A stretch of 64,000 bases of DNA from Pholidichthys leucotaenia (lineage: Eukaryota), in contig CM035846.1 in NCBI GenBank assembly GCA_020510985.1, forward strand, positions 202,843,081 through 202,907,080. The letters run 5' to 3'. Within the stretch, counting starts at the first letter, position 1. Each line of letters begins with the position of its first letter. The notes beneath the pieces were generated by a model. The model searched no databases. It was not told the origin of the DNA and worked only from the letters and a program-made list of their open reading frames with translations. Below, in pieces: positions 13,868 through 26,610 of the stretch. A program made the translations under genes and the position numbers.

Positions 13868-13996
13868 CTTTTAGTTTGCTATGGGTCCTGAGATGGCCTT
13901 CAGTTCAGCCTTCGGCTCAGTCACCATGTTCAACAACGACGATGACAACAACAACAATAACAACAACAACAACAAGAGAAGCTTGATAACAGCCGC
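13868..13996 (+). CDS. Candidate host coding exon (FAMGPEMAFSSAFGSVTMFNNDDDNNNNNNNNNKRSLITAATADN) with a poly-Asn tract
   Basis: cttttAG acceptor and GTATAA donor with an open frame. This is weak: it could equally be a CAA/AAC microsatellite in non-coding DNA. Confidence 0.25.
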
Positions 13997-14809
13997 GACA
14001 GCAGACAATGGTATAAACAAAAACTGGAACCAATTATCCAGTTGACTTAATCTATATATTATTCTGATTATTCATTTATTTAGCATCATTGAAGAAACAC
14101 TGAAACTCTTGAGATGATCATTGTATTCATATAAGAACTGCAACAACTCACACACATTTACTTGAACCCAGTGAATATTTAGCATTTGAGTTTGAGAATG
14201 GTGAATGAGTAGTGGAGAACTTGACTGGTACTGCTCCAATACAAATATCCTAAAGTAGCTCTGATTACTGCACCAGCTATTGCTTTTAATTCTGTATTGC
14301 TTGACTGCTGTTAATTACGAAAACTATTGATGTCATTTCCATGACTATGCGCGGAGACACACACACACACACACGTCACTTTCGGGGCCTCACAATAAAG
14401 GTAAGAACTTCGATCTACACAAACCAGTCACAACATGAAGCAGTTGTTTCTTAAAACTGCTAAATGACCTTAACGTGCATGTCCATACATCACAATTTAC
14501 AATGGTATAATAACTGTTAACAATACCGACAGAGACCCATCAGCAGATTACAAGATTGTATCACCCTGCAGCCAACATTCACTAAATCTGAGCCAATAGA
14601 CGAAGACAAAAACTTCACTTTATACAGCCACCATCACAATAAATTTCATCCTACCTTTGCCGTTTTGTCATTATGCAGTTAATCCAGAGGACTATTGATA
14701 GTATGACGTTTTAAGGGTTCACTCAATAATGAGAGGATTTGGAACGTAGCAGGCATTTATTTCTTTATTACCAAATTGCGCAGAACAGGGGGAAGGTCCT
14801 TCACACGCA

Positions 14810-15551
14810 CACTCACTTCACTCAGGGTGACACAGACATGCAATCTCTCACACGCAGGGAAACAACACTGTCACAGTCAGACTTATAACACAACTTCAAC
14901 ACTAACAACAATAACGCTCAGAACACAGGAATTAAAACACTCTATGAATCCCCTGCAGTACAAAGCATGCCAGGAGAGTCCCCCCCCCCTCTCCCATCAC
15001 AGCCTCGGCATTACACTAGTTAATTATATTCATACCAGTTTCGTTGCAAGAGAAACACAAACCAGCAAAACTGGTATGAATATAATATATTGTTTTTGTG
15101 TTCTGGATGAAAAATTGACAGACAGGCAACTTCAGTTTAAGAATATACGACGTTTATTTCGAGGTTATGCAAAAAATATGTTTTAATAGTGAAACACATG
15201 CACATCTGTTTACCCTTCCCAGTTAATCTGTTGCCAGTTAAACTGAAACAGTCTGTCATTATTCTGACAGATTATATTAATTTCAAAGCTACAACAGACA
15301 ACTGTGTGTGCACACAAACACACACAAGAAGAGCAAGAACAAACAACCACAATAAATTTTGTCCTACCTTTGCTGTTTTGTCATTATAAATCATAGTGTC
15401 ATGTCGGGGCTGTGGTTGGGGGGGATTCATAGCCATTTATAGTTCTTGTGTTCTGAGCATCATTGTTGTTAGTGTTGTAGTTGTGTTATGAGTCTGATTA
15501 TGATGGTGTTCTCACTACGTGTGAGAGAGTGCATGTCTGTCACCCAGAGTG

Positions 15552-15555
<4 letters not shown>
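14810..15555. repeat. MITE-like inverted repeat. ~150-bp arms (14810-14955 vs 15410-15555) flanking ~450 bp, abutting a (TG)n tract.
   Basis: The reverse complement of 15410-15555 matches 14810-14955 (cacttcactc.gggtgaca.acatgca.tctctcacacg...aacactaacaacaat..gctcagaacaca...tatgaatcccc). An internal short hairpin is at 15030-15085. There is also a direct repeat cacaataaattt.atcctacctttgc.gttttgtcattat at 14625-14670 and 15343-15390. Confidence 0.4.

Positions 15556-15605
<50 letters not shown>
15553..15605. repeat. (TG)n microsatellite, ~26 units
   Basis: Direct reading. The ORF 15549-15755 (MKCVCVCV...) is an artifact of this tract. Confidence 0.95.
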
Positions 15606-15606
<1 letters not shown>

Positions 15607-15995
15607 ACTTCCCCATTGTTCTGTGTAATTTGTCACTGAAGAAAGTGATTCAAAGTATGTCAGCCCTGGAAGGCCCCCTACTGGCCTGGGACTGTAAGCA
15701 TTTGTCTGCCGACACAGCGCCTCTGGCTATTAGGAATTTTATTTTATTAATTTAAAAAAAAAAAATGAGAGCTTGCAGCTGCGCCCCCTCCAGCAGGGGA
15801 TGCCCTAGGCAACAGACTATGTGGCTTATGTTTTGGGCCGGCCCTGCCAGGATGCATAAGATCTTTAAAGTTGGGATCTGCATTTATCATAGTTTTGGAG
15901 CAACCAATATCAGACTAAAAGTAAATTAACCACATCCAAGTCTTTTGGATCTGCAAATGGTCAGGAAGAAAATGTTTTGTAAGCTATGTGTTGTC

Positions 15996-16086
15996 TCTTT
16001 CAGAACTTTTGCTATGTGGTGACATGAAGGGCAACATGTGGTTCAATGACCCGCCACAGATGTACCTATGCAACATCAGAAAGTCT
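15996..16086 (+). CDS. Candidate host coding exon (LLCGDMKGNMWFNDPPQMYLCNIRKS)
   Basis: tctctttcAG acceptor and GTAAGT donor with an open frame. No independent support. Confidence 0.25.
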
Positions 16087-16094
16087 GTAAGTAT

Positions 16095-16420
16095 TGAGAG
16101 GATAATAATAATGGATTAGATTTATATGGCGCTTTACATGTCAAGTGGCATCTCAAAGCCACTTGACATGTAAATGTCAAACCGTTGTGTCCGTGGGCAA
16201 GACACAACGGTAGGATGGCTGGAGAGAGTGGGAGTCGAACCGCCAACTCTCTGGTTATTGAACGACCCGCTCTACCTCCTGTGCAGCTGCCGCCCGCATC
16301 TCCCTCCCCTGTTCCATTTTTTCTGAGCACCAAGCTGGACGGCAGGAAGTTCCATTTTTATATGGTCTTTGGCATGACCTGGCTGTGGGGCGGATGCTCT
16401 TCCTCCAGCTCATCACTCTG
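16095..16420 (-). mobile_element. Two adjacent tRNA-derived SINE pieces in minus orientation. 16095-16300 has an ..agcgccatataaatctaatccattattattat tail and a tRNA-like head. 16300-16420 is the second family, as at 26380-27000.
   Basis: The reverse complement of 16185-16300 (ggcggcagctgcacaggaggtagagcgggtcgttcaataaccagagagttggcggttcgactccc) parallels the SINE head at 52530-52620. 16310-16390 matches the caccaagctagaaggcgagaagtaccatttttatatggt body seen at 26490-26540. Confidence 0.55.
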
Positions 16421-17594
16421 GTAGATTCAGAGGATCTACTCTGAACTAGGGCTGACCAATATAAGATAAATCCCTGTTTAATTTTTTTACATGCTACATT
16501 TGATTTTCAATGGGTTTTTTTTTTTTCAAATTACAAAAGACAAGGAATCATTTCAAATATGTTCTTTTAATTTAAAACAACCATGATTCTCTATTGGGAA
16601 TAAAGTCCAAAGCTGTCTTTGCCCAAACAAAACCCTTTTTTTAAATCAAGGTTTGAGCAAACAAAGATAATTCCACACATTTCTGATTAAAGTGCCCAAA
16701 TAACTTTTATAAAGTTAACATAAAAAATAAAAGGTTTCTTGATCATCTTAAAGCTGAAAAAACAAAGTGCAGATCCATCTTGTTTTATTGTTGTTATTCT
16801 TTTACAGGGAATGTCCATTGAGAGGCAAAATTTCTTTTTCAAGGACAACCTGTTAACATTCACACATTCACACCTGGAATCTGCCCAGTACAACCACAGA
16901 CTGACCTGTGGCCACTGAGCAGCTCCACTGGAGCAGGTGGGGTTAAGGAGGGTGGGGCAAACACTATGTTGTCTGTCCTCCCCAGATCCAATCCTGCCGG
17001 TCCGGGGATTGAACCTGGACCCTCTGGTCATCAGTCCACATCCCTAACCATTAGGCCACCGCTGCCCCATGATTGCTTGCTACGTTTTGTCAAATAAATG
17101 AAAGTGTCTCACTGATGCCTACAGCCATGATTCATTACATGTGGCTTTATGTTGGACAGAGACTGGGTGGAGGAAGGGCTGAGAACTAGAGACTACCATA
17201 TTTACACTTGTAAAAGAGAAAATGGATATCAACAATTTTCATTTCTTGACATTGTCCAAACAAATTAATTTGAACTTTGATTTAAAATTGATTTATTGCC
17301 CAGCCCTACTCTGAACCCACAAAATTAAAACAACTTTTTAACATAAAAATGCTCATCTCATAAAAATGTTCAACTAAAAAGAGATCAGATTGTAAAAAAA
17401 AAAAAAAAAAGAGAAAATTCTCACACTTGAGTAGGTAGAATTGCCAATTTTTTCCCCCTCTTTTTACACAGACTAGAGTAACTTCTGTTGACAGTCTTGG
17501 TACTCCTAATATTTCAACTACTGTAGCTATAAAAACTAGCAAACATCTTCAATAACTAGAAGTGGCTTTAAAGAAAATTTTGTTTTGTCTTCAG

Positions 17595-17699
17595 GCTCAC
17601 AGTGACAGGATCAGTGTGCTGAAAGTCACACCCAGCATCATCATCTCAGCCTCCTACGACCGGACAGTGAAGCTGTGGGACAGAAACACCCACAAACAG
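17595..17699 (+). CDS. Host-gene coding exon encoding a WD40 repeat (AHSDRISVLKVTPSIIISASYDRTVKLWDRNTHKQ)
   Basis: Canonical WD40 signature (H..S..S.D.TVKLWD), tcttcAG acceptor at 17593-17594 and GTACGC donor at 17700. No TE homology. Confidence 0.6.
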
Positions 17700-19510
17700 G
17701 TACGCTGCAGCCTTTGGGATCAGTGTGGTCATAGTCGGAATGTATTGTTGCCCGAAAAGACCAAAGACTACAATTCAGTCGAAAAACTACTGAGTCAGAG
17801 GTGTGTTATTTTGTTGTGCTACGGAGCTCAATTCTTAATGTGTTATTGCCATTATAAGGTCTGCTAGGAAATAACGGGGACATATTATCCAATTTTTCCA
17901 TTTGATAGTGTCCAGGAGTGTTAATAAGAAGTCTTTGACATGCTTTGGCCAAAACACCAAGGGGTTGGAATATTGCAGCACCATTTTCCACCCAGATGAA
18001 GCATCCTTCCTCTGAATGACCCGTTTCCATGTGCTTCTTTAATTCTAATGAACTGTGTGATTCCATGCTTCTCGTTGGCTAACAAATGTAAAATAGGATG
18101 AATATGAGAATGTTGAAGTCTAAACAAAGCATCATTGGGGCTGAGAGGGGGGGTTAGTAGTTGATAAGACAGGACAGTATCTGGGGTATTCAACCCAGCA
18201 ACAAGCGTGAATAAGAGAATTCAGGGTTCCCTTAGCCAGAAGCTTCCGTTTAAGCTAGGCTAGCTATCAGTGAGAATAGAAGTCTGTCGTGACCATGTCA
18301 TGGATTTTCTTTACATTATAAAATATTCCTTGTTGATCTGGTGAATAAATAGGTACACAGCCAGAGGTGCCTTTTCTGGGTATTTATTTACGTCTTTGCC
18401 AAGAAGGGAAAGTGTCACGCAGCACTGCACACAGGCAGTGCTGTGGAAAATTTCAAGCCTCAGAGCAGAGTTTGAACACAATGGGCCAAACAGATGAGCA
18501 TTGTTTTGAGAACACGGAGTGAGCGGTCTGTCAGAGCTACATCTCAGAGATACAAATGTTCTGTCACAATGTTCAAGGCTCCTTTGACTCTTCGCTGTCT
18601 CGTGGAAAAGGTACTGAGTGTAATTTCATTTATGATTACAGGAGAAAGAATGAACGGACAATAAAAAAAATCCATAACACCCAAAATATATACATAAGCT
18701 AGAATAATGTAGGATATGTAATTTACTGTGGATTATTAAAATACCTGGGAACATTGATGTCTAGTGGTGTGACTAGGTCTGACAGTGGAGAGCCATAAGT
18801 TGCACCATCTCATGGCACTTAGCTAAAGATGCTAATCACCAAATCTACTGGGTCCTGCTGGACAAGAAAAAAATGACAAAATATGCCAGAATGATAAAAG
18901 ATATGTAAATGACTGTATATTAATGAGGCTGCTGGGAACACAGATGTCTGGTGAAATGCCTTAGTTATAGTGATGAGCCAGAAAAACCCCAGGTGTGCCA
19001 CTGAGTTGGCTCACTAGTGGCACTCTAGTGCCATGCTCAAAATGTCCACTCACTCCCTACTCCCTATATAGTGAATTCAAATGTAGTGGACTATATAGTG
19101 AACTCAGTAAAACAATAAAAAAGTGAACTTTTGGACACTACTCAGCTTATTTTCTTGGCACTGTTAATGACATCATCATGGTGAGACAGTAAAACGTAAC
19201 AGATTAATGGTGTTAAAAAGTGAATATATGTATTTTGTGGTAAATGTATATTAAATCAAATTGCTTTTACTTTATTTTTTTTTCCACAATATCTTTATTG
19301 AACCTTTTTTTTTTTTTTTAACAAACATGATACAAACAATCAAACACTAACACTAAAGTACTACAAAAAAAAAAAAAAATGCACTAAAAACACCAACAAC
19401 CACCAACAAAATCAAGTCTTCAACAATGCTCCTCTGTTTAGTCTAGACAATCCAATACATAAGTATACATATTATGTTCACCAGTTTGGAATTTACAAGG
19501 TCCACACACA

Positions 19511-22500
19511 TCATTCACCTTCTTCTTCAAGAGTTATGTTTAAATTTTTTACATAATCAATAAAAGGTCTCCATATATTCTCAAACACAATTTCCTTTGA
19601 TTTTAGTATATATGTTATTCTTTCTAATGGAAGGTTTGTTAACATCTGTCTTAACCACTGAGTCACATCTGGTCTATGAGTCTTTTTCCATAATAGTGCA
19701 ATACATTTTTTGGCATTAAGCAAACTGAGGTCTATGAATGTTCTTTCACTTTTATTAAAATTATGCTTTTCTGGGTACAGACCCAACAAAAACAGTTTAG
19801 GATTCAATATGATTTGTTTTGAGATTATTTTTTCAATTGTTACCCTCACCTCTTCCCAAAACATTCTTATTAATCTACATTCCCATAAACAATGAAATAG
19901 GGTTCCTTTACTTTCCATGCATTTTGTGCATGTATCTGGTATATTTTTGTTATATCTATTTAACTCCTCCGGTGTAACGTACATCCGCATTAACCATTTG
20001 AAATGTATCAATTTAAGGCGTGCATTTATTGATTTGGTTTGAGCTTCTGTACAAGCCAATTCCCATTGTTCCTCTGAAATTTCAATTTGCAGATCTTCTT
20101 TCCAGTAGTTTAATCTTTTCAGTGAATTTTCACTTGAAGATAGTGTCAGTGAGTTATAAAACTCTGAAATAATACCCTTTCTTTTACTATCTTTCATCAT
20201 CATTTTTTCCAAGGATGAATAAATAGGTCGAGTGAGAGCTTTATTTTGATTTGATCGAATAAAGTTTCTAAGTTGAAGATATTTAAAAAAATGTGTTCTA
20301 TTGAGATTAAATTTGATCCTCAGCTCTTCAAAAGACATTATGTTGTCTGCACATGGCAAATATAAATCCTGAATCTTTTGTATCCCTTTTAAATTCCATA
20401 CTTTAAATACAGCGTCCGCTCTCCCTGGTTTAAAATATTGATTACCCCATATTGGACTAAATTGTGACAATAACTGTGGTTCTTTTAAATAGTTTTTAGC
20501 TTCACACCATATTTTGGTCATATGCTTTACAAATGGATTTTTAACTTGTTTTTGTAATTTTTTTGCCGAATCTGAGTATATGAATATGGGAAGAGGTAAA
20601 GGTAAATTGTATGATTCCATTTCAGTCCAGTGAGGGAGATCATTTGATGAAAAATAATATGTCATAGACCTCAGTTGTGCCGACCAATAATACAACATAA
20701 AATTTGGACATTTCAGACCTCCACGATCAAATGGTAAATATAATAAAGACAAACGTAATCTAGCCCTCCTGTTGTTCCATATAAATTCCACTAACTTTTT
20801 TTTTATTCTTGAGAATAGATCTAAAGGTGGTGATAAGGGAATGTATTGAAATAAATAAAGTATTTTAGGTAAAATATTACTTTTAAGTATATTGATTCTC
20901 CCGATCATCGACATTGGTAGTGACATCCATCTCTGAGTTAACTCATTGATATCTGACATTAAGGCTTCATAGTTGACACTGGCGACTGATTCTAGCTTAG
21001 GCATAATTTGGATTCCTAAATATTTAAACTGATTTACAACATTGAATTGATTTACCTCAGGGGCTGGGTAATTTCTCTGGGTCTCATTTAGCATTAATAT
21101 TGAAGATTTAGTTTTATTTATTTTATATCCTGATATTTCCCCAAAATTCTTTATTAAATTCAACAAGGTTGGAATTGATTTTTTTAGATTCGACATAAAC
21201 AAAATTATGTCATTGGCGTACAGGGAGATTTTATGTTCTGTTGGTCCAACTTTAATTCCATATATTTGTGAATGTAAACGTATCGCTATCGCTAAAGGTT
21301 CAATTGCCATAGTAAACAGTAAAGGTGAAAGTGGACAGCCTTGTCGACATCCTCTATTGATTTTTATTGGTTTTGAAATATTGTTATTTGTTAGGATTTC
21401 TGCTGTAGCATTATTGTATATTATTTGAACCCATTTTATGAAATTATTTCCAAGTCCAAACCTTTGTAGGACTTCAAAAAGAAAGGGCCATTCAACTCTA
21501 TCAAAGGCCTTTTCGGCGTCCAATGATAGGAGAGCTGTATCCGGTGCTTCTTTATTAAAATAAATAATATTAAATAGTCTTCTTACATTATGGAAGCCTT
21601 GTCTACCCTTTATAAAGCCATTCTGATCTCGATTAATAATATTTGGTAAAATTTCTTGTATTCGTCTTGCTAAAATTTTACAGATTATCTTAAGGTCGGC
21701 GTTTAATAGGCTTATTGGTCTCATATTTTCACATTTATTAGAGGGCTTACCTGGTTTTGGCAGCAGTATAATTAAGGCATTATTTATGTATGATGGTAAA
21801 TTATTATTTTGAAATGCTTCTAAAACCATTTCCAAAAAAGGTTTTATTAATTTATTCTTAAATTTTTTATAAAGGTCAACTGGAAGACCATCTGGTCCTG
21901 CACTTTTTCCTGATTTCATATTATCAATGGCTAGCCCAACTTCTTCTTGACTAATTTTAGAATCCAATATCTCCCTGTTTTCATTTGGAATACACGGTAT
22001 AGATAGTTCGTTCAAAAACCCATTTAGTTTTGTTAAATCAGGTTCATTTTTGGTATCATATAATTTTTCATAGTAATCTCTAAAGGCTCTATTAATTTCT
22101 AAAGGATCTATAACTACCTGTCCGTTACTTATAATACTGGTAATTGGTGTTTTAATTTCCAATTGTTTAATCTGCCATGCTAATAATTTTCCCGATTTTT
22201 CACCTTGTTCATAAAAAGATTGTTTCAATCTTAGAAGACTCGAGGCAGCTCTATTCGCTGATTTTTTGTCGTATTCAGCTCTCAAAATCAGTAATTCATT
22301 CTCCAACCTTGGGTCACTTCCTGCATACACTTTTTCCTGAAGATTTTTTATTTTATGTTCCAATTTAGCTCTCTCCTCTCGAGTCTTCTTAGATTTTGAT
22401 CCTGTATAACTAATAATATGTCCCCTAATAAAAGCTTTGAAAGCCTCCCACTTTACACATGCTGATGTTTGTGTAGTATTGATGTCAAAGAACTCGTCTA

Positions 22501-23314
22501 TCTGTTTTTCTATATACTTGACAAATTCCTCATCCTGAAGCCATTTATGCTGAAATTGCCATCTACCTGATTCCTTTGTCAATTTTTTATCTACATATAT
22601 TAGACAACAGGGTGCATGATCAGAGATCACGATGTTATCATAAAAGCAGTATTGAATCTTGGACCTTAATTCTGTGGAAATCAAAAAATAATCAATACGT
22701 GAGAATGTCTTGTAGGTACTGGAATAACAAGAATAGGCTTTAACTTGTGGTTTCATTTCTCTCCATATATCTAACAATCTCAATTCTTTCATAAAATGAT
22801 TAATAGTCATCCTACATCCAATGTGCGTACAATCCAGTCCTGTTGATCTATCCACACCTGGATTCAATGTACAATTAAAATCCCCTGCTATTATATGTTG
22901 CCCTGTAAGTGATGATAAGATGAGAAATAAATTAGCAAAGAACTTCTGATCATCTATATTGGGACCATATAAGTTCACAAGATTTATATTTTCTAATAGC
23001 AAAGAACCTTGAATGATTACATATCTTCCAAATTTGTCTCCAATTACATTTTTCACCTGAAAAGGAACTGATTTATGTATGAGAGTCATAACTCCCCTGG
23101 CTCGGGATGAAAATGAAGAGGTGAATACACTTCCCTGCCATCTACTCCTAATTCTTTTAACATCCTCCTCTATCAGATGAGTTTCTTGTAAAAACACAAT
23201 TCTTGAACCCATGTCCTTTATTTTATTCATAACTTGTTTAAGTTTTTTTAAATTTTGTAGACCTCTGCAATTCCATGAAGTTAAATTAAGGTTAACTCTT
23301 TGGTCCATGATCAA
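19511..23314 (-). CDS. L1 ORF2p (endonuclease + reverse transcriptase), copy A. The frame is intact but the catalytic motif is YAND rather than YADD.
   Basis: Continuous 1267-aa ORF. The codon gcc-aat-gac in the minus-strand reading near 21235 gives A-N-D. Copy B has gcc-gat-gat (A-D-D) at 34216-34224. Confidence 0.85.
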   Translation of the reverse strand: MIMDQRVNLNLTSWNCRGLQNLKKLKQVMNKIKDMGSRIVFLQETHLIEEDVKRIRSRWQGSVFTSSFSSRARGVMTLIHKSVPFQVKNVIGDKFGRYVIIQGSLLLENINLVNLYGPNIDDQKFFANLFLILSSLTGQHIIAGDFNCTLNPGVDRSTGLDCTHIGCRMTINHFMKELRLLDIWREMKPQVKAYSCYSSTYKTFSRIDYFLISTELRSKIQYCFYDNIVISDHAPCCLIYVDKKLTKESGRWQFQHKWLQDEEFVKYIEKQIDEFFDINTTQTSACVKWEAFKAFIRGHIISYTGSKSKKTREERAKLEHKIKNLQEKVYAGSDPRLENELLILRAEYDKKSANRAASSLLRLKQSFYEQGEKSGKLLAWQIKQLEIKTPITSIISNGQVVIDPLEINRAFRDYYEKLYDTKNEPDLTKLNGFLNELSIPCIPNENREILDSKISQEEVGLAIDNMKSGKSAGPDGLPVDLYKKFKNKLIKPFLEMVLEAFQNNNLPSYINNALIILLPKPGKPSNKCENMRPISLLNADLKIICKILARRIQEILPNIINRDQNGFIKGRQGFHNVRRLFNIIYFNKEAPDTALLSLDAEKAFDRVEWPFLFEVLQRFGLGNNFIKWVQIIYNNATAEILTNNNISKPIKINRGCRQGCPLSPLLFTMAIEPLAIAIRLHSQIYGIKVGPTEHKISLYANDIILFMSNLKKSIPTLLNLIKNFGEISGYKINKTKSSILMLNETQRNYPAPEVNQFNVVNQFKYLGIQIMPKLESVASVNYEALMSDINELTQRWMSLPMSMIGRINILKSNILPKILYLFQYIPLSPPLDLFSRIKKKLVEFIWNNRRARLRLSLLYLPFDRGGLKCPNFMLYYWSAQLRSMTYYFSSNDLPHWTEMESYNLPLPLPIFIYSDSAKKLQKQVKNPFVKHMTKIWCEAKNYLKEPQLLSQFSPIWGNQYFKPGRADAVFKVWNLKGIQKIQDLYLPCADNIMSFEELRIKFNLNRTHFFKYLQLRNFIRSNQNKALTRPIYSSLEKMMMKDSKRKGIISEFYNSLTLSSSENSLKRLNYWKEDLQIEISEEQWELACTEAQTKSINARLKLIHFKWLMRMYVTPEELNRYNKNIPDTCTKCMESKGTLFHCLWECRLIRMFWEEVRVTIEKIISKQIILNPKLFLLGLYPEKHNFNKSERTFIDLSLLNAKKCIALLWKKTHRPDVTQWLRQMLTNLPLERITYILKSKEIVFENIWRPFIDYVKNLNITLEEEGE

Positions 23315-23782
23315 TAGAGAGTTTGGGATTACCTTGCAGTGTAAACATGCTCATACAGAGAAGCAAAAACATGAGTGGTTGAACATTCATCCTACAAACT
23401 ACACACAAACAAATTTCCCCTTCCCACACTTGTGGCAAACCCCCCAAAATCAAAAGAAAAATTCTGTCTCCCGATATAGCCATCGACCGTTCCACACCCA
23501 CGGGGAACAGCCTAAGCCACTCCTTCTTCATCCTCCCAATCACCCTAACTCTACTGCTTTTAATGACGTAACATTAACTCTCCTCTGTAGTTTTCCAACT
23601 TAACTCCAAAATTTTTAACAACTTTGTACATCATAGTTTGTTTTTTTTTTTTGTTTGTTTTGTTTTTGTTTTGTTTTTTTAATATATAATACAATCTATA
23701 TTTTGTAAACTTACTATTTACTTCAAGTCAGTCAGATGCCTGTGCAAATGCTTAATTATTCTACCTTATATTTTGTTCATGC

Positions 23783-24709
23783 TTAGCTCCCACCAGTCTC
23801 TTCTTCTTCTTTGATCTTCTTGATGAACTCCTGCACCTCCTCTGGGGTCTTGAAGATGTGGGTTCTGCCCTCATACGTGGTCAGCAGTCTCGCAGGATAG
23901 ATTACACCATGACGAATCCCAAGGTTGCGCAGCTCCTTACGTACGGGATCAAACTGCTTCCTCAATTGCTGGATTCCTGTGGCCAAATCTGGGTAGAACC
24001 GCACCTGCTGGTCCTGGTGTTTAATCTCTCCTTTAGCACGTGCAGCGTTGAAGATCTTCATCCTGTCTCTGTTGCTAAGAAACTTCATAATTAAGGTCCT
24101 CGGCGGTCCCTTATCTCTCCGTGGGCCAATACGATGTGCTTTTTCCAGAACCACTGCTGATTGCAACTCCTCGCTGCCCAGCACCTCCGGAATCCACTTT
24201 TCCAGAAAGGAACATACGTCCCGACCTTCTGATTCCTCTGGAAGACCCACCAGCCTCAAATTATTCTGTCTCGACCGAGATTCCAAATCCAAAATATTAT
24301 CTTCCAGAGATTTATTTTTTTTTTCCAAAGTGCGCACCTTTAATTGAAGACGGGTGACGTCATCTTCAGCACTAGCGAGACGGAGCTCCATCTGCGCCGT
24401 TCGTTCTACACAGTCACCCAATTCCTTTCTTATTCCTTCCAGCGCTGTCATAATCCCATCAAATCTAGAGGAAAAGTCCGCTCTCATTGAACTCATGGCA
24501 GCCATCAGCGCATCTGCGCCATTCCACGCAGAAATCGCACCGCCGCCAGCCTCCTCCGCCATATATGGAGCCTTGTTTGCTGCGTCACAGACCTGAAAGT
24601 CCGTTAATTTGGACTGTTTCGGCGGCTCGCTTTTTCCTTTTCCTGGTTTTCCAGCCTTAGGCTTCGCCGACATATCCTCGCCCAAATGCTGGGATACGTT
24701 CTGTCCCAA
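23783..24709 (-). CDS. L1 ORF1p-like protein, copy A (intact, 308 aa)
   Basis: Coiled-coil segment (LRLASAEDDVTRLQLKVRTLEKKNKSLEDNILDLESRSRQNNLRLVGLPE) typical of L1 ORF1 proteins. Confidence 0.8.
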   Translation of the reverse strand: MGQNVSQHLGEDMSAKPKAGKPGKGKSEPPKQSKLTDFQVCDAANKAPYMAEEAGGGAISAWNGADALMAAMSSMRADFSSRFDGIMTALEGIRKELGDCVERTAQMELRLASAEDDVTRLQLKVRTLEKKNKSLEDNILDLESRSRQNNLRLVGLPEESEGRDVCSFLEKWIPEVLGSEELQSAVVLEKAHRIGPRRDKGPPRTLIMKFLSNRDRMKIFNAARAKGEIKHQDQQVRFYPDLATGIQQLRKQFDPVRKELRNLGIRHGVIYPARLLTTYEGRTHIFKTPEEVQEFIKKIKEEEETGGS

Positions 24710-24862
24710 ATGAGAGAGTTATTTGCCGATTTTTTTTCTCCAGGAGCAGAGCAGAGCGAGACACGTCCGTCCTACGTGGCAGCCATAACCGGAAGTCGCT
24801 TTTACTTTATTAATAAATAAAGATACCTTAAGGTAGTTTATTTTGTGATGTGAAGCGCTGTT

Positions 24863-26185
24863 CTAGGTTTACATGGACACAAGTAACTGGATTAAAAGCC
24901 TGATCGGAATAAAAATGCTTCATGTAAACACGCCAGTCTGAATATTCTAACCTGATCACGCTCATTCGGATCAAAATTTCATTCCGACTGGCCACATTTA
25001 CATGGGCAAAATTTCTTCAATCTGATTACAATTCAGATCAGAATTTTACTGTTTACATGGATCCTGAAAAAGCTGATCTGATTATGACGTGCGTTTCCAT
25101 GTGTCACACGTTTGAATGGAATAAATCATTTTGACATGCGCACGTCAACATTTCAACATTCAAAAAATAGAAGAAGAAGCAACTTCCGGTGTTAGCAAGC
25201 CCCGCTTCGTGTCGAAATGGACCTGTATTGTGTTATTCAGACTGTACTTTTGCTTCTGCTGGTCTCCGTAATGAAGCTACAAGTACATACTTCTGCATAT
25301 AACGAACAGAGGGAGACAGCTGGACGATACGGACCAGTTTTGTTTTACTCCTGCTATGTTTTCCGCTAGCTGCTGCTAAGGCGGAAATACTGTATGTCAC
25401 GTCGACTTGCAGCTGGTGTACAGACATGCACAGTAAACATATTTTCTGCCCTACGTTCGAAATAAGTGTTTTCATGCGCACCATTCGGATTAACAATCGG
25501 CATAACCCACCCCTCTCAATCGGAATGAAATTTTGATCCGAATGAGCGTGATCGGGTTAGAATATTCAGATTGCCATGTTTTACATGAAGCATTTTTATT
25601 CCGATCAGGCTTTTAATCCGGTTACTTGTGTCCATGTAAACATAGCCATTGAGAGGGGTGGGTTATGCCGATTGTTAATCGGAATGGTGCGCATGAAAAC
25701 ACTTATTCCGAATGTAGGGCAGAAAATATGTTTACTGTGCATGTCTGTACACCAGCTGCAAATCGACGTGACGTACAGTATTTCCGCCTTAGCAGCAGCT
25801 AGCGGAAACCATAGCGGGAGTAAAACAAAACTGGTCTGTATCGTCCTCCTGTCTCCCTCTGTTCGTCATATGCAGAAGTATGTACTTGTAGCTTCATTAC
25901 AGAGACCAGCAGAAGCAAAAGTAAGTCTGAATAACACAATACAGGTCCATTTCGACACGAAGCGGGGCTTGCTAACACCGGAAGTTGCTTCTTCTTCTAC
26001 TGTTTTCGGAATGTTGAAATGTTGATGTGCACATGTCAAAATGATTTATTCCGTTCAAACATGTGACACATGGAAACGCACGTCCTAATCAGATCAGCTT
26101 TTTCAGGATCCATGTAAACAGTAAAATTCTGATCTGAATTGTAATCAGATTGAAGAAATTTTGCCCATGTAACTGTGGCCGTTTG
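24863..26185. repeat. Block-wise inverted structure P-Q-P'-Q': P 24863-24987, Q 24988-25520, P' 25521-25645, Q' 25646-26185
   Basis: 25521-25645 is the reverse complement of 24863-24987, and 25646-26185 is the reverse complement of 24988-25520. Identity is roughly 93-97% by eye. Mirrored ORFs 25233-25496 (-) and 25576-26025 (+) encode the same peptide because of this symmetry. Confidence 0.7.
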
Positions 26186-26379
26186 GCTATGCATTGCATT
26201 ATGGGATACTTTGGCTAAGGTAGTGACCATTGGTTGAACACTACTTTCCAAAATACATTGTGGGGTATTTTGAGTGTACTATATATTTTGTCTTTTGGCT
26301 GCTCACAGCGTATCGTCCGTCACCTTATATCATAATGATTCACATGTTGATTTGGCAAGGATTTTTACACCGGATGCCC

Positions 26380-26610
26380 TTCCTGTTGCAGCCCTCCCCA
26401 TTTATCCGAGCTTGGGATCAGCACGGGGAGTACACTGTGCTCCCCCTGTGGCTGAGTAACCAACTTTCCTTCTCCCATTCTATTAAACTGAGCAGCACCA
26501 AGCTAGAAGGCGAGAAGTACCATTTTTATATGGTTTTTGGTAAGACATGGCTGGGGCTTGAACCCACAACCCCCCGGTTGTTGGGACAGATGTTCTACCT
26601 CTAGGCCACC
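26380..26610 (-). mobile_element. tRNA-derived SINE copy
   Basis: Body caccaagctagaaggcgagaagtaccatttttatatggtttttggtaagacatggctggggcttgaacccacaacccc, with the tRNA-like part reverse-oriented. Confidence 0.55.

Larger units (their letters stand above)
19277..24797 (-). mobile_element. Full-length L1-clade LINE, copy A. ORF1 and ORF2 are both uninterrupted; 14-bp TSD gcttttactttatt at 19263-19276 and 24798-24811.
   Basis: ORF2 19511-23314 (1267 aa) has an APE endonuclease ([32 protein letters not shown]), an RT ([45 protein letters not shown]) and a C-terminal Cys-rich region ([18 protein letters not shown]). ORF1 23783-24709 (308 aa) has a coiled coil plus an NNLRLVGLPE-type motif. The poly-A appears as a T-run at 19277-19283. 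Confidence 0.9.

Noticed and set aside
15549-15755. ORF MKCVCVCVCV..
   Set aside because: Translation of a (TG)n microsatellite.
25233-26025. Mirrored ORFs 25233-25496 (-) and 25576-26025 (+) as a duplicated protein-coding gene
   Set aside because: The similarity is a by-product of the nucleotide-level inverted repeat. There is no recognisable domain and no splice or TE-protein context.
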